64,000 bases of DNA from Thermoplasmatota archaeon (lineage in GTDB: Archaea; Thermoplasmatota; Thermoplasmata; UBA10834): NCBI GenBank assembly GCA_963818745.1, contig CAWFTI010000003.1, positions 141,212 through 205,211 on the forward strand, in the 5' to 3' direction. The translations under genes and the position numbers were made by a program. Each line of letters opens with the position of its first letter. The first letter of the stretch is position 1. Below, piece after piece: positions 1-9,666 of this stretch. Below the pieces are notes generated by a model. That model was given only the letters and a program-made list of their open reading frames with translations. It had not been told where the DNA came from and made no database searches.

Positions 1-300
1 CGCGAAGGCCGCAGCTCGCGCTCGCCAGGAAGTACAAGGTCGTGGAGACCGGGCTTCGGCGGGGACGACGCCGTCATCGACGTGGCCGAGAGGTTCTCAG
101 GCGCGGTGGTCACCAACGACAGGGAGCTCATACGCAGGCTGAGGGCGAGGGGCATCAGGGTGGTCAGGATGCGCGGGCAGCATCATCTGGATTCTGGAGA
201 GGACGCACCGCTCCATGTAGAAAACATATTAATAAGCCTCGCTAATCCGAGCCTGCCATGCATGAGAAGCAGATCGCCACGCTCAAACACATCGCTCTGA
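1..300 (+). CDS. PIN-domain (Fcf1/Utp24-like) nuclease, C-terminal fragment; 5' end outside window
   Basis: Frame-1 translation from base 1 reads ...FGGDDAVIDVAERFSGAVVTNDRELIRRLRARGIRVVRMRGQHHL..., which matches the C-terminal pattern of archaeal PIN/Fcf1-type proteins. The 3' end is uncertain: this frame runs to TGA at 298-300 and overlaps the next gene. Confidence 0.45.
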   Translation, partial: REGRSSRSPGSTRSWRPGFGGDDAVIDVAERFSGAVVTNDRELIRRLRARGIRVVRMRGQHHLDSGEDAPLHVENILISLANPSLPCMRSRSPRSNTSL

Positions 301-914
301 TGGGGGGCGTGCATGACTACATCGCGATATCCTCGCGAGAGCTCGGCAACGTGCTCGAGATAAGCCAGCAGTCGGCCTCGAAGAAGATCCTGGAGCTCCT
401 GGGGGACGGCCTGATCGAACGCGACCTGGGCGCCCGCAGGCAGCGGATAAAGCTGACGGACAAGGGGTTCGACCTCCTGAGGAAGGAGTACTCGGACTAC
501 CAACGGATATTCGAGATGAAGGACCACCTGGTCATCATCGGCACGGTCACATCCGGCCTTGGCGAGGGGCAGTACTACGTCAACCAGGACGCCTACGCCG
601 AGCAGTTCCAGAAGAAGCTGTGGTTCAAGCCCTACGAGGGCACGCTGAACCTGAGGCTCGCGGACCCTGAGCTGGGCAAGCTGGACATACTGAAGAAGTC
701 GGAAGGCATACTCATCAAGGGCTTCGAGCAGGACGGGAGGACCTTCGGGGACGTCAAGTGCTTCCTCGCGACCATACACAACATGGAGTGCGCGGTCGTG
801 CTCCCGGTGCGGTCGCATCACATCGACATCATCGAGATCATCTGCAAGTACCATCTGAGGCGCTCCCTGGGCCTCAAGGACGGGGACCAGGTCGAGCTGA
901 TAGTCTCGCTGTGA
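258..914 (+). CDS. ribK: CTP-dependent riboflavin kinase fused to an N-terminal winged-helix domain (RbkR-type architecture)
   Basis: 218-aa ORF. The N-terminal part looks like a wHTH ([31 protein letters not shown]). The C-terminal part matches the archaeal riboflavin kinase fold signature ([13 protein letters not shown]...[10 protein letters not shown]...VLPVRSHH). A TATA-like 'ttaataa' lies about 25 nt upstream. Confidence 0.85.
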   Translation: MHEKQIATLKHIALMGGVHDYIAISSRELGNVLEISQQSASKKILELLGDGLIERDLGARRQRIKLTDKGFDLLRKEYSDYQRIFEMKDHLVIIGTVTSGLGEGQYYVNQDAYAEQFQKKLWFKPYEGTLNLRLADPELGKLDILKKSEGILIKGFEQDGRTFGDVKCFLATIHNMECAVVLPVRSHHIDIIEIICKYHLRRSLGLKDGDQVELIVSL

Positions 915-920
915 AGGCGC

Positions 921-1752
921 TCAGAGCTTCTTCGTGACGTACTCGAGCACCGACTCGAAGACCGCGCGGCCGTCTCCCGCGCCGTCCGGGCTCCTGGTCC
1001 AGTCGGGATGCGTGAACTTGTGGAACACCCTCTCCGGGTGCGGCATCAGCCCGAACACGTTCCCCTCGCGGTTGCATATGCCCGCGATGTTCGCGGTGGC
1101 GCCGTTCGGGCACCACGGGTAGCCCGCGAGGTTCCCCTCGGGGTCGACGTACTTGAACACTATCTGGTCGTTCTCCTCGAGCTCCCTGACGATCTCGTCC
1201 GAGCGCTCGAGCGGGAACATGAGCTTGCCCTCGGCGTGCGCCGACGGTATCAGCGAGACCTTCGTGTCGGGTATCTTCCTGGTGAACACGCAGCTCCCGC
1301 GGTTGACCTTCTTGAGGAGCGTGGGCCTGCACTCGAACCTTGCCGAATCGTTCGTGCCCAGGACCGCCTCGGGGACATCCGTCATGACCGCTGACATGGC
1401 AGGGAGGAGGCCCAGTCTCGACCATTATCTGGAACCCGTTGCATATGCCGAGGACCGGCTTGCCGGACCTCACGAAGTCCACGAGGTCCTTCGACAGCCT
1501 GCTCTTCATCCTCGCGGCGAATATCGCGCCCGCGCGAACGTAGTCGCCCGCGGAGAACCCTCCGGGGAAGACGAGTATCTGGTAGTCCGAGAGCGACCTC
1601 TTCTCGTCGGATGAGACGTCTGCGCCCGTGAGCTGCTTCAGGTGGACCTTCTCCGGCTTCGCCCCGAGCCTCCTGAACGCCTGGAACGACTCCTCCTCGC
1701 AGTTCGTGCCCTCGATCCTGAGCACGCAGACCCTGACCTGGCTGGTCTTCAT
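921..1752 (-). pseudogene. purQ: Phosphoribosylformylglycinamidine synthase glutaminase subunit PurQ; one frame break as written
   Basis: The N-terminal half ([21 protein letters not shown]...[13 protein letters not shown]) and the C-terminal half ([20 protein letters not shown]...HPERVF...) lie in different frames. They join at ~1409-1413, where one extra base sits in a short C/G run. The start ATG overlaps the purL stop (ATGA). Confidence 0.85.
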
Positions 1753-4086
1753 CCCATCAGCCTCCAGAGGGGCGCGTTGAAGCTCTTCGCGAGATCGCGC
1801 ACATCCGTGTTCACGAGGAGCTTGTTCGAAGTGATCCTGAGGGCGCATCCCCCGACGGTGCCCAGCTTGAGCATCTTGGCCTTCCTGTCCCTCGGGAGGA
1901 CCTTCTCCTTGCCCTTGCGCAGCTCCACCACCCATCGGCTGTTGCTCTCGGAGAAGAGCTTGACGTCCGACCTCAGCTTCTCTATCTTCGCGAGGTCGAC
2001 CTCCGCTCCGATGTCCCCGCCGATGCACATCTCCGCCAGGGCGACAGCAATCCCTCCGTCGGATATGTCGTGGCATGACACTATCGCACCGCGCTCTATC
2101 CCTCCGACGACGACATCGATGCCCGCCTTCAGCGCGGGGATGTCGACATCGGGGACCTTGGAGGAGTAGCTCCTGGTCATCCTGTAGTACTCGGAGCCGC
2201 CCATCTCCTGCTTGGTAGCACCTATGACCGCGATCGTGTTCCCCTCCCTCTTGAGGTCGGAGGTCACGCACCTGCGTATGTCGTTCACGATGCCGCAGCC
2301 TAGGATGACCGGCGTCGGGAGCACGGCCCCCGATTGCGATTCGTTGTAGAAGCTGACGTTGCCGGAAGGTATCGGTATGTTGAGCGCCTGGGCGACCTCG
2401 CCCATGCCCCTCACCGCCTCCCTGAACTGCCACAGCCTGTCCGGCTTCTCCGGGTTGCCGAAGTTCAGGCAGTCGGTGATGGAGTGCGGCCTCGCTCCGA
2501 CGGAGGCGAGGTTCCTGCATATCTCGTCCACGCAGGTCTTGCCGCCCCTGTACGGGTCGATGCCCACGGCGAACGGGTTGGACGCGGTCGCGATCGCCAG
2601 TCCCCTGAACGAGTCCTCCACGGGCTTGAGCACGGCGGCGTCCCCGTGGCTCCAGTGGCCCAGCTTGCCCTGGAGCGGCTTGATGACCGTGTTCCCCCGG
2701 ACCTCGTGGTCGTACTGTCTGATGACCCAGTCCTTGTTGCATATGTTCGGCGACGCGAGCAGCTTCAGCAGCTCGGCGTCGTACCGGTCCTTGGGCTTCG
2801 GGGTCTTCTCCGCCCTCTTCTTCTTGCCCTTCGCGACACCGCACGGGCGGCAGTACACCGGCCCGGCGGTGAGGAACTCGAGCTCGAGGTCGAACACCTT
2901 GTCCCCCTGGAAGAACAGCCTCACGACCTTCTGCGGGATGACCTTCCCGACCACGGTCGCGGGCACGTCCCAGAGCTTGAACACGTGCAGGATCGTCGTC
3001 GACGTTCTTCGGCGACACCGCGAGCATCATCCGCTCCTGCGACTCGGAGACCCATATCTCCCAGGGCGCGAGTCCCTCCTCCTTCAGCGGTACCTTCGAG
3101 AGGTCGACCTCCGCCCCGCAGCCGCCCGCGAGCGCGATCTCCCCGACGACGCAGGACAGCCCTCCGCCGCCGAGGTCCTTCATGCCGTTGACGAGCCCCT
3201 TCTCGTTGGCCTCGAGGAGCGCGTGTATCACGGGCTCCTTCATGATCGGGTCGCCGAGCTGGACCGCCCCTCTGCGACTCGGTCTCGCTCTCCTTGGTGC
3301 AGCACGGCTGATGCGAATGTGACCCCGTGGATGCCGTCCCTGCCCGGTCCTGCCGCCGACGAGGATCAGGATGTCCCCCGGTCCCTTGACGGCGTTCCTC
3401 CGGATGTCCTTCTTCTCGGCGATGCCGATGCAGCCGACGTTGACGAGGCAGTTGCCGACATAGCTCTCGTCGAACCATATGCCGCCGGAGACGGTCGGGA
3501 GGCCGACCCTGTTGCCGTAGTCCCTGATGCCCGCGACGATCCCGCCGAACAGGTACTTCGGGTGCTTGATGCCCGGAGGGACCTTCTCGACAGGATAGTC
3601 CAAGGGACCGAAGAACAGCGGGTCGACCAGCGCGATGGGCTGGGCGCCCATGCACAGCACGTCCCTGATGATGCCGCCGATGCCGGTCGCGGCTCCGCCG
3701 TAGGGCTCGACCGCGCTCGGATGGTTGTGGCTCTCGATTCTCAGCGCGTACGCGTGGTCCTCGTCGAACTCCATCACGCCCGCGTCCCCTCGGTCGATGA
3801 CCTGCCGGGTGTTGATGCCGAACACGTACTCCTTGAGGAACACCTTCGAGCTCTTGTAGCAGCAGTGCTCGCTCCAGGCCTGGCCGATGGACTGGAGCTC
3901 GACATCGGTCGGGTTCCTGCCCTTCGCCTCGAAGTAGTCCTTGACCCGGTGCATCTCGTCGACCGAGAGCCCGGTGCCGCTCTCCTGGCTGATATCCTTC
4001 AGTTCAGGGTCCGTGGCCTCGGACAGCTTGATCTCAACAAACTCGAACGGGACATCCTGCCGAACATACAACCTGTCCGCTGACAT
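1749..4086 (-). pseudogene. purL: Phosphoribosylformylglycinamidine synthase subunit PurL; three frame breaks as written
   Basis: Conserved PurL blocks are present ([23 protein letters not shown]; [15 protein letters not shown], readable only after a frame hop; [13 protein letters not shown]; [16 protein letters not shown]). Breaks lie at ~3343-3345 and ~3267-3270 (a compensating pair ~80 nt apart in G/C homopolymers) and at ~2991-3003. Confidence 0.9.
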
Positions 4087-4094
4087 CCTGTCCC

Positions 4095-4334
4095 TCACTT
4101 GATCTTGATCGTGTAGTTGTGTATCACGGGGTTTGCGAGGAGCTTCCTGCACATCTCGTCGACCTTCTTCTCCGCGTCCCCCGCGTCTTCCGCCAACTCG
4201 ATGTCGAAGACCTTGACGCTCTTGACGTCGCGCAGACCTTCGAAGCCGAGGAGCTCGAGCGCCTTCAGCGTGTTCTTCCCCTCCGGGTCGGCTACCCCCT
4301 TCTTGAGCTCGACCCTGACCTCTGCGACTGCCAT
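4095..4334 (-). CDS. purS: Phosphoribosylformylglycinamidine synthase subunit PurS
   Basis: [47 protein letters not shown]... is typical of PurS. The maximal ORF extends to 4358, and the Met at 4334 fits family length better. The gene lies directly upstream of purL in a purS-L-Q order. Confidence 0.8.
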   Translation of the reverse strand: MAVAEVRVELKKGVADPEGKNTLKALELLGFEGLRDVKSVKVFDIELAEDAGDAEKKVDEMCRKLLANPVIHNYTIKIK

Positions 4335-4675
4335 CCCGTGGTCACCTGTTCCGGACATATTGCTAGCGTGTACTTAGCTTTTGAGGGCTGGCGGGTGCGG
4401 GATTGCCCCCTTTCTTGGTGCCGCAGTGAGCGATCCGAGTTTCCTCGTTCTTCGAGCTGTAACGGCGCGAAACCGCGGTTCGTTCATATAGCGTCAGTTC
4501 GTTTTAGGAGTCAGGTGGAGACACCTGCGGGGGAAGTTGAGAGGCGGGGGAGTTCGGGCTTTCCGAAGCTCATCGATTGATAACGGCTGAATGCCGCATC
4601 TTCACATCTTCTGCGTGTGCGCCGAGAGGGGGCGCTGCTAGTACCCAATTTCCTTGCCAGAGGAGGAGGTGGAGC

Positions 4676-5334
4676 GTGGTGGAAGAGCGGCTGAAGAATG
4701 TGAAGGATGGAAGGAGACTGCGAGTCTTCGCGTCGATTATGGTCGTGACAATGGTCGTCGCGGGGGGTTTGATGATGGTCATGCCAGCGAGAGCTGGGAA
4801 CGGTGTACTGCTGGCCTACGTCGACGTCGGCGAGGACGAGAAGATGGCCGTCATGTATGGCTGGGGCCCGATAGAGCCAGATTCGAATGATGGCAATTGG
4901 GGTGGCTACGGTGTAACAACAAGTTTGCTGTACGGTCAGAAGACCAGGGTCATGTGGTACGAGGATTGGCTCGACGACGAGAAGAACTACGACCCGAACG
5001 GGCGAGAGGGTTCGGTCAAGGTGAACTTCGTAGGATTCGGCAAGGTTGATTACCTTCGACCATCTCGACGGACTCGCCAATGACAGCTTCAAGTTGTATG
5101 CGCTGGGAGACTATGGCCCGATTGAGATATTCTCGTACGTGGACTTAGATCCCGCTAGCGATACAGAGACTTGGATGTACGAAGACCGTCGACCTGAGAG
5201 AATTCATCGGTTGCGACGGCGGCCCGATATGGGTCGGCGGCTGTAAGTTCACACTGGTGTTCGAGGCAACGTGCGAGCTCGGTGCGGATGGACTCCCGTG
5301 GTGGGGGTGGCCCGAGTATGGCTCGTTGCGATAG
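4676..5334 (+). pseudogene. Hypothetical secreted/membrane-anchored protein, no family recognised; about 2 frame breaks as written
   Basis: A GGAGGAGGTGG Shine-Dalgarno-like motif at 4662-4672 precedes GTG at 4676. A signal/anchor segment follows (RLRVFASIMVVTMVVAGGLMMVMPARA). A protein-like reading continues through frame hops at ~5045 and ~5180 and ends ...WWGWPEYGSLR* at 5332-5334. Confidence 0.35.
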
Positions 5335-5415
5335 ACAACATATTGGTCTTCGGCAACGGTGTGGGTCGTCCATCGCATCTTGTAGTCGGGAATCACTCCC
5401 TAGAAACCTCTTCAA

Positions 5416-6179
5416 TCACTTTCTCATTTTCCGCCCGAATGCAAGATAGCCCGTGTGGCCGAGCATCTCGAAGCTCGGTCTCACCCCACCTTCGTGGACA
5501 ACCATGTCTCTGTGGATCGTCTCGAACGAGATTGTCTCTGACAGTCCTACACTCTCGCATCTTCCTCATCGCAAGGTCGAGCTGGTTCGCGTTGGGGACA
5601 TACACGCAAATGTGTCCGCCGATTCTCAGAGACTCTTACCACATTCTCAACAGCGTCCCATGGGTTCGGGATATCCAGGACCGCCGCATCGACGTCCTTG
5701 GGGAGGTCCACGGTACAGATGTCGGCGATTCTCAGCTCCCAGCACGATGAGTGAGGCGACATGGCGACGTTCTTCCTGGCGACGGCCGCATGCTCCTCCC
5801 TGTTATCGAACGAATAGACCTTCCCCGACGGCGCGACGGACTTCAGAAGGACCAGTGTGAGAGCTGCCGACCCCACTCCGCCCTCTACGACACTGCTTCC
5901 AGAGCTGATATCAAGATAGAACGGTACAAGGAAGCTGTCCTTCGGGATCATGACCTGGGCCCGTCGCTCTATGAGTCCGAGTAGATCCCTTATGCTCGGT
6001 CTCAGCAGGACGAACTCACGCGCGCCCACCTTCATCCTGTCCCCGAAGCTCGAGTTGCAGATTGCGGCCCCGTCGATGACTCCGAGTCTTGACACTTCGA
6101 GCATCCGGTTCGCCGCGGTGAGTATGAACCTCTTGCCGTCGGAATCGACAAGGAGGACCTTGGCCCCTTCTTCGATCAT
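5416..6179 (-). pseudogene. trmI: tRNA (adenine-N1)-methyltransferase TrmI/GCD14 family; two frame breaks near the 3' end as written
   Basis: The sequence shows SAM-methyltransferase motifs (VVEGGVGSAALTLVLL; VYSFDNREEH; AAVLDIPNPWDAV). The C-terminus (LRIGGHICVYVPNANQLDLAMRKMREC / GLSETISFETIHRDMVVHEGGVRPSFEMLGHTGYLAFGRKMRK*) is recovered by frame hops at ~5626-5634 and ~5546-5550. Confidence 0.7.
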
Positions 6180-6562
6180 TCTCTTCGAATCATGTAGAGC
6201 TGTGCGGTATTACTAAGTTGGGGGGGGAACTGACCGATGGAGCTGGGGCGATTGACACTCCGTCGTTGCCTCCGCATTTTTCATAATGACTCGTATATAT
6301 TAATCGGGGGCGCCCTCTCGATATGGCTCCATGAGCATAACGTTTGAGACCACTGGCGCTCTCATGTCGTCAGGAAAAGGTATATCTGGCTTGCTTCCGC
6401 AGAGCCGACAAACACTATATACGGCTAAGCCGTTTTATGGACAGTTTCTCTTAGGGGGCCAGGTAGCAGGGGTGCTTCATCCGACCACGGTTTCACGAAG
6501 AAGACAGCACCTATCATGCCCGGCCATTATCTGAGAACACTCGGTTTAGGAGGAGAATCCAC

Positions 6563-6967
6563 ATGAGCAAGGGCCTGAAAGCCGACCTCGAGAAGTGCAC
6601 TGGCTGCCAGCTGTGCGCCCTCGCATGCTCGGCCTCGCACGTAGGGAAGTTCAACCCTAGCGAGTCGAGGATCAACGTCGAGGACGCCTTCCCGGAGCCA
6701 GGGGAGTACAGGCTGAACTACTGCATCCACTGCGACGAGCATCCGTGCGTGGAGGCGTGCCCTGTGGAGGCGATCAAGCTGGATGACGCTCTCGGGATCT
6801 ATGTCGTGGACAAGGAGGCGTGCACCGCGTGCGGGGCCTGCGTCGACGCGTGCCCGTACAACGGCTGCTGGCTGGACCCGAAGGGCACATACTCGATCAA
6901 GTGCGACCTCTGTGGGGGCACCCCGCAGTGCGTGGAGGTCTGTCCCAAGGGAGTGCTCAAGAGGTGA
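6563..6967 (+). CDS. Poly-[4Fe-4S] ferredoxin-domain protein (AOR-associated electron carrier)
   Basis: Several CxxCxxCxxxCP-type cluster motifs are present (CTGCQLCALACS; CIHCDEHPCVEACP; CTACGACVDACP; CDLCGGTPQCVEVCP). GGAGGAG lies 7 nt upstream of the ATG. The stop overlaps the AOR start. Confidence 0.8.
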   Translation: MSKGLKADLEKCTGCQLCALACSASHVGKFNPSESRINVEDAFPEPGEYRLNYCIHCDEHPCVEACPVEAIKLDDALGIYVVDKEACTACGACVDACPYNGCWLDPKGTYSIKCDLCGGTPQCVEVCPKGVLKR

Positions 6968-8817
6968 TGATGATGGCTGACGGTTACACTGGAAAGGTAC
7001 TCAGGGTGGATCTGACCAACGAGAAGATCTCGACGGAGGCGCTGAACAGGGAGTGGGCGAAGCAGTTCATCGGGGGCAAGGGCCTGGGCGCCAGGTACCT
7101 GTTCGACGAGCTCAAGCCGGGCACCGACCCTCTATCCCCGGACAACGTGCTCATGATCTGGACGGGGCCCGCGGTCGGGACCTTCGTACCGCTGACGAGC
7201 AGATACGTCGTAGTCACGAAGTCCCCGCTCACGGGCACCTTCCTCGACAGCTACGCAGGCGGGTTCCTCGGCCCCGAGATCAAGTACGCGGGGTTCGACG
7301 GGGTCATCATCAAGGGCAAGGCGAAGAAGCCCGTCTACCTCTGGCTCAACGACGGCAAGGCCGAGATCAGGGACGCGAAGAACATCTGGGGCAAGGACAC
7401 CTACAAGACCGAGGAGCTGATCCGCAAGGAGACGGGCGAGAAGATGGCCCGCGCGGCGTGCATCGGCCCCGCGGGCGAGAAGCTCGGGCTCATATCGAGC
7501 GTCACGAGCGACCTGACCAGGAACGCAGGCAGGGGCGGCACCGGGGCGGTGTTCGGGTCCAAGAACCTGAAGGCCGTCGCCGCGAAGGGGTCTCTGGGGG
7601 TCGAGGTGCCGGACATCGAGGGGTTCATGAAGTGGGCCAAGGAGATGCTTCAGAAGGACGTCGTCGAGAACCCGGACCACTCGGGCATGATCACCGACGG
7701 GACGCCGATACTGGTCGACCTGAGCAACGACGCGGGCATCCTCCCGACCGAGAACTGGCGCACGGGCGTGTTCGAGGGCTCGAAGGGGATCAACTCCGAT
7801 GCGCTCAAGACCCGGGTGCTCGTGAGGAAGAAGGCGTGCTTCGCCTGCGCGATCGCATGCGGCAGCCACGCCAAGGTCAAGAAGGGCGCGTTCAAGGGCG
7901 CGGCCACCGAAGGGCCGGAGTACGAGACCTTGGGCCTGTGCGGCTCCAACTGCGGTATCAGGAACATCGAGGCCATCGTCAAGTTCGTCGAGGACTGCGA
8001 CCGGCTCGGGCTCGATTCGATATCCACGGGGAACGTGGTCGCTCTTGCGATGGAGCTGTACGGGAAGAAGCTTCTCACGAAGAAGGAAGTCAACGGCCTG
8101 GACCTCAAGTTCGGCAACGAGGACGCGTTCTCGAAGATGCCTGGGATAATAGCGAACCGTGAGGGTATCGGCAACGTTCTCGCGGACGGCGCGAAGAAGG
8201 CCGCGAAGAAGATCGGCAAGGGCGCGGAGAAGATGATCGCCGAGGTCAAGGGCATGGAGTACCCCGCATACGACCCGCGGGGATCGATCGGCATGGCCCT
8301 CGCATATGCGACCTCCGACAGGGGCGCGTGTCACCTCAGGGCCTGGCCCGTGGCGGCCGAGGCGTACGGCAGCCTGGACCCGTGGACCCCGGAGGGCAAG
8401 GCCGCGATCTGCGTCGAGGACCAGACGAGGACGAGCGTGAAGTGGAGCTTCATCTTCTGCGACTTCTACTCGGTGAACTTCCCCAACATGGCGAAGTACT
8501 ACACCGCCGTCACGGGGATACAGTCGAGCGAGGAGCACATGAGGGAGGTCGGCAGGCGGGTCTGGAACCTGACCCGGGCGTTCAACGTCAGGGAGGGGTT
8601 CAGCAAGAAGGACGACACTCTGCCGATCAAGATGGCGAAGGACCCGCTGCAGGACGGGAAGCCGAAGGGCCACGTGGTCCCCCAGGCGGACTTCGACAAG
8701 ATGCTCGGCGAGTACTACAGGCTGTGGAACTGGGACGAGCAGGGCAGGCCCACCAAGAAGGCGCTGCAGGACGCTGGGCTGACCGAAATCGCGAAAAAGC
8801 TCAGCTATCTGAAGTAA
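6967..8817 (+). CDS. aor: Tungsten-type aldehyde:ferredoxin oxidoreductase
   Basis: 617-aa intact ORF beginning MMMADGYTGKVLRVDLT. It carries AOR-family blocks (GGKGLGARYLFDE; RNAGRGGTGAVFGSKNLKAV; CFACAIAC; DRGACHLRAW). The ORF-track start at 6820 is a spurious upstream extension. Confidence 0.9.
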   Translation: MMMADGYTGKVLRVDLTNEKISTEALNREWAKQFIGGKGLGARYLFDELKPGTDPLSPDNVLMIWTGPAVGTFVPLTSRYVVVTKSPLTGTFLDSYAGGFLGPEIKYAGFDGVIIKGKAKKPVYLWLNDGKAEIRDAKNIWGKDTYKTEELIRKETGEKMARAACIGPAGEKLGLISSVTSDLTRNAGRGGTGAVFGSKNLKAVAAKGSLGVEVPDIEGFMKWAKEMLQKDVVENPDHSGMITDGTPILVDLSNDAGILPTENWRTGVFEGSKGINSDALKTRVLVRKKACFACAIACGSHAKVKKGAFKGAATEGPEYETLGLCGSNCGIRNIEAIVKFVEDCDRLGLDSISTGNVVALAMELYGKKLLTKKEVNGLDLKFGNEDAFSKMPGIIANREGIGNVLADGAKKAAKKIGKGAEKMIAEVKGMEYPAYDPRGSIGMALAYATSDRGACHLRAWPVAAEAYGSLDPWTPEGKAAICVEDQTRTSVKWSFIFCDFYSVNFPNMAKYYTAVTGIQSSEEHMREVGRRVWNLTRAFNVREGFSKKDDTLPIKMAKDPLQDGKPKGHVVPQADFDKMLGEYYRLWNWDEQGRPTKKALQDAGLTEIAKKLSYLK

Positions 8818-8960
8818 TGTTGACAATGGCCAGATGTGGCGTTTGATGTACACGCCCCCTGGCCAGTATTGCTCTTCTCCGCCATCGGCGCGACGAATAG
8901 CGTCAGGGATGTTCATGATGCCGTATAATATATTAAACACGATATATAATGGTGCTTTTC

Positions 8961-9053
8961 GACCCCTTTTCACCGGCACTTTTGTCTTGCTTCGAAAGGT
9001 CGGACGATTGGGGGAGCGTAATTGCGAAATTTTCAACTTTTGACCCCTTTTCA
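8961..9053. repeat. Two copies of CTTTT(C)GACCCCTTTTCA spaced 81 bp apart in an AT-rich 410-bp spacer
   Basis: GACCCCTTTTCA occurs at 8961-8972 and 9042-9053, and each copy is preceded by CTTTT. The repeats lie upstream of the ferredoxin/aminotransferase operon. Confidence 0.4.
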
Positions 9054-9228
9054 TTGAAATATTTTCACAAACTTCGACTGGAAATCGCACAGAGACAATC
9101 TACAAATACCCATGGTCGCAAGACTATATATCCAATCAGTGGCTTACTGAAGAATAGCAAGAGTGAGTCTCCCTGACTCGATGCGCCCCCAAATTTCTTG
9201 GGGCGTGGAAACTCAGGAGGATGCATTG

Positions 9229-9663
9229 ATGACCTCTTCCAAGAAGAAGTTCGGGCTGGTCTTCCATCCCGAGAAATGCAACGGCTGCATGGAGTGCGAG
9301 AAGGTCTGCACTACTGCGCACGCGTCCAGCGTAGCCTCCGGAAAACCGAGGATCAAAGTGACGAAGGCCGGAGACAAGTACAAGGCGGTCATGTGCGTCC
9401 ACTGCGAGACCTGTCCCCCGAGCGAGGTATGTCCTTCGGCCCTTCTGGAGTTCCACGGCGAGGGAAAGTACTGGACGCTCGACGAGCACAGGTGCTTCGC
9501 CTGCATGGCGTGCATCCCGCGCTGCCCGCACGACGGCGTGTTCTTCGAGGGGGAGTTCGGAGTGGAGACTGCGTACACTTGCGACCTCTGCCTTGGGGAA
9601 CCGAAGTGCATCAAGGCGTGCCCCACGGGCGCACTGACTCTCGACAAGTCTCGGGAGGAGTAA
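9229..9663 (+). CDS. Poly-[4Fe-4S] ferredoxin-domain protein
   Basis: Starts MTSSKKKFGLVFHPEKCNGCMECEKVC and continues with CVHCETCPPSEVCP, CFACMACIPRCP and CDLCLGEPKCIKACP. It ends 3 nt before the aminotransferase ATG. Confidence 0.75.
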   Translation: MTSSKKKFGLVFHPEKCNGCMECEKVCTTAHASSVASGKPRIKVTKAGDKYKAVMCVHCETCPPSEVCPSALLEFHGEGKYWTLDEHRCFACMACIPRCPHDGVFFEGEFGVETAYTCDLCLGEPKCIKACPTGALTLDKSREE

Positions 9664-9666
9664 GGG

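Noticed and set aside
874-4152. 1092-aa minus-strand ORF that looks like one huge protein
   Set aside because: It is a chimera. Genuine purL segments alternate with out-of-frame Arg/Gly/Pro-rich read-through, and the ORF runs on into purQ. It exists only because the GC-rich off-frames lack stop codons.
6216-6562. Possible riboswitch or ncRNA (for example cofactor-sensing) in the 350-bp leader upstream of the ferredoxin/AOR operon
   Set aside because: I found only short, imperfect stems and nothing resembling a known riboswitch core. The known Moco/Wco riboswitch class is bacterial. This cannot be supported from sequence alone.
6820-6966. Upstream extension of the AOR ORF to 6820
   Set aside because: The extension overlaps the ferredoxin gene in another frame and translates to Arg/Pro-rich sequence. 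The MMMADGYTGKVLRVDLT start at 6967 matches AOR N-termini and overlaps the ferredoxin stop.
7132-9090. 652-aa ORF antisense to the AOR gene. Similar long antisense or off-frame ORFs occur at 7053..8162, 15567..17072, 20810..22741, 29917..31380, 35679..38066, 46097..46825, 46934..48073, 50202..51572 and 54929..56395.
   Set aside because: The translations are low-complexity and rich in R, G, P, A, D and H, with no motifs. Each lies opposite or out of frame to a confidently identified gene. These are typical shadow ORFs of GC-rich DNA.
8834-9176. Two small ORFs (69 and 75 aa) inside the AT-rich AOR/ferredoxin spacer
   Set aside because: They have no ribosome-binding context, and their composition is driven by the DNA repeats (FDPFS appears twice because of the GACCCCTTTTCA repeat). 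They are more likely non-coding regulatory DNA.
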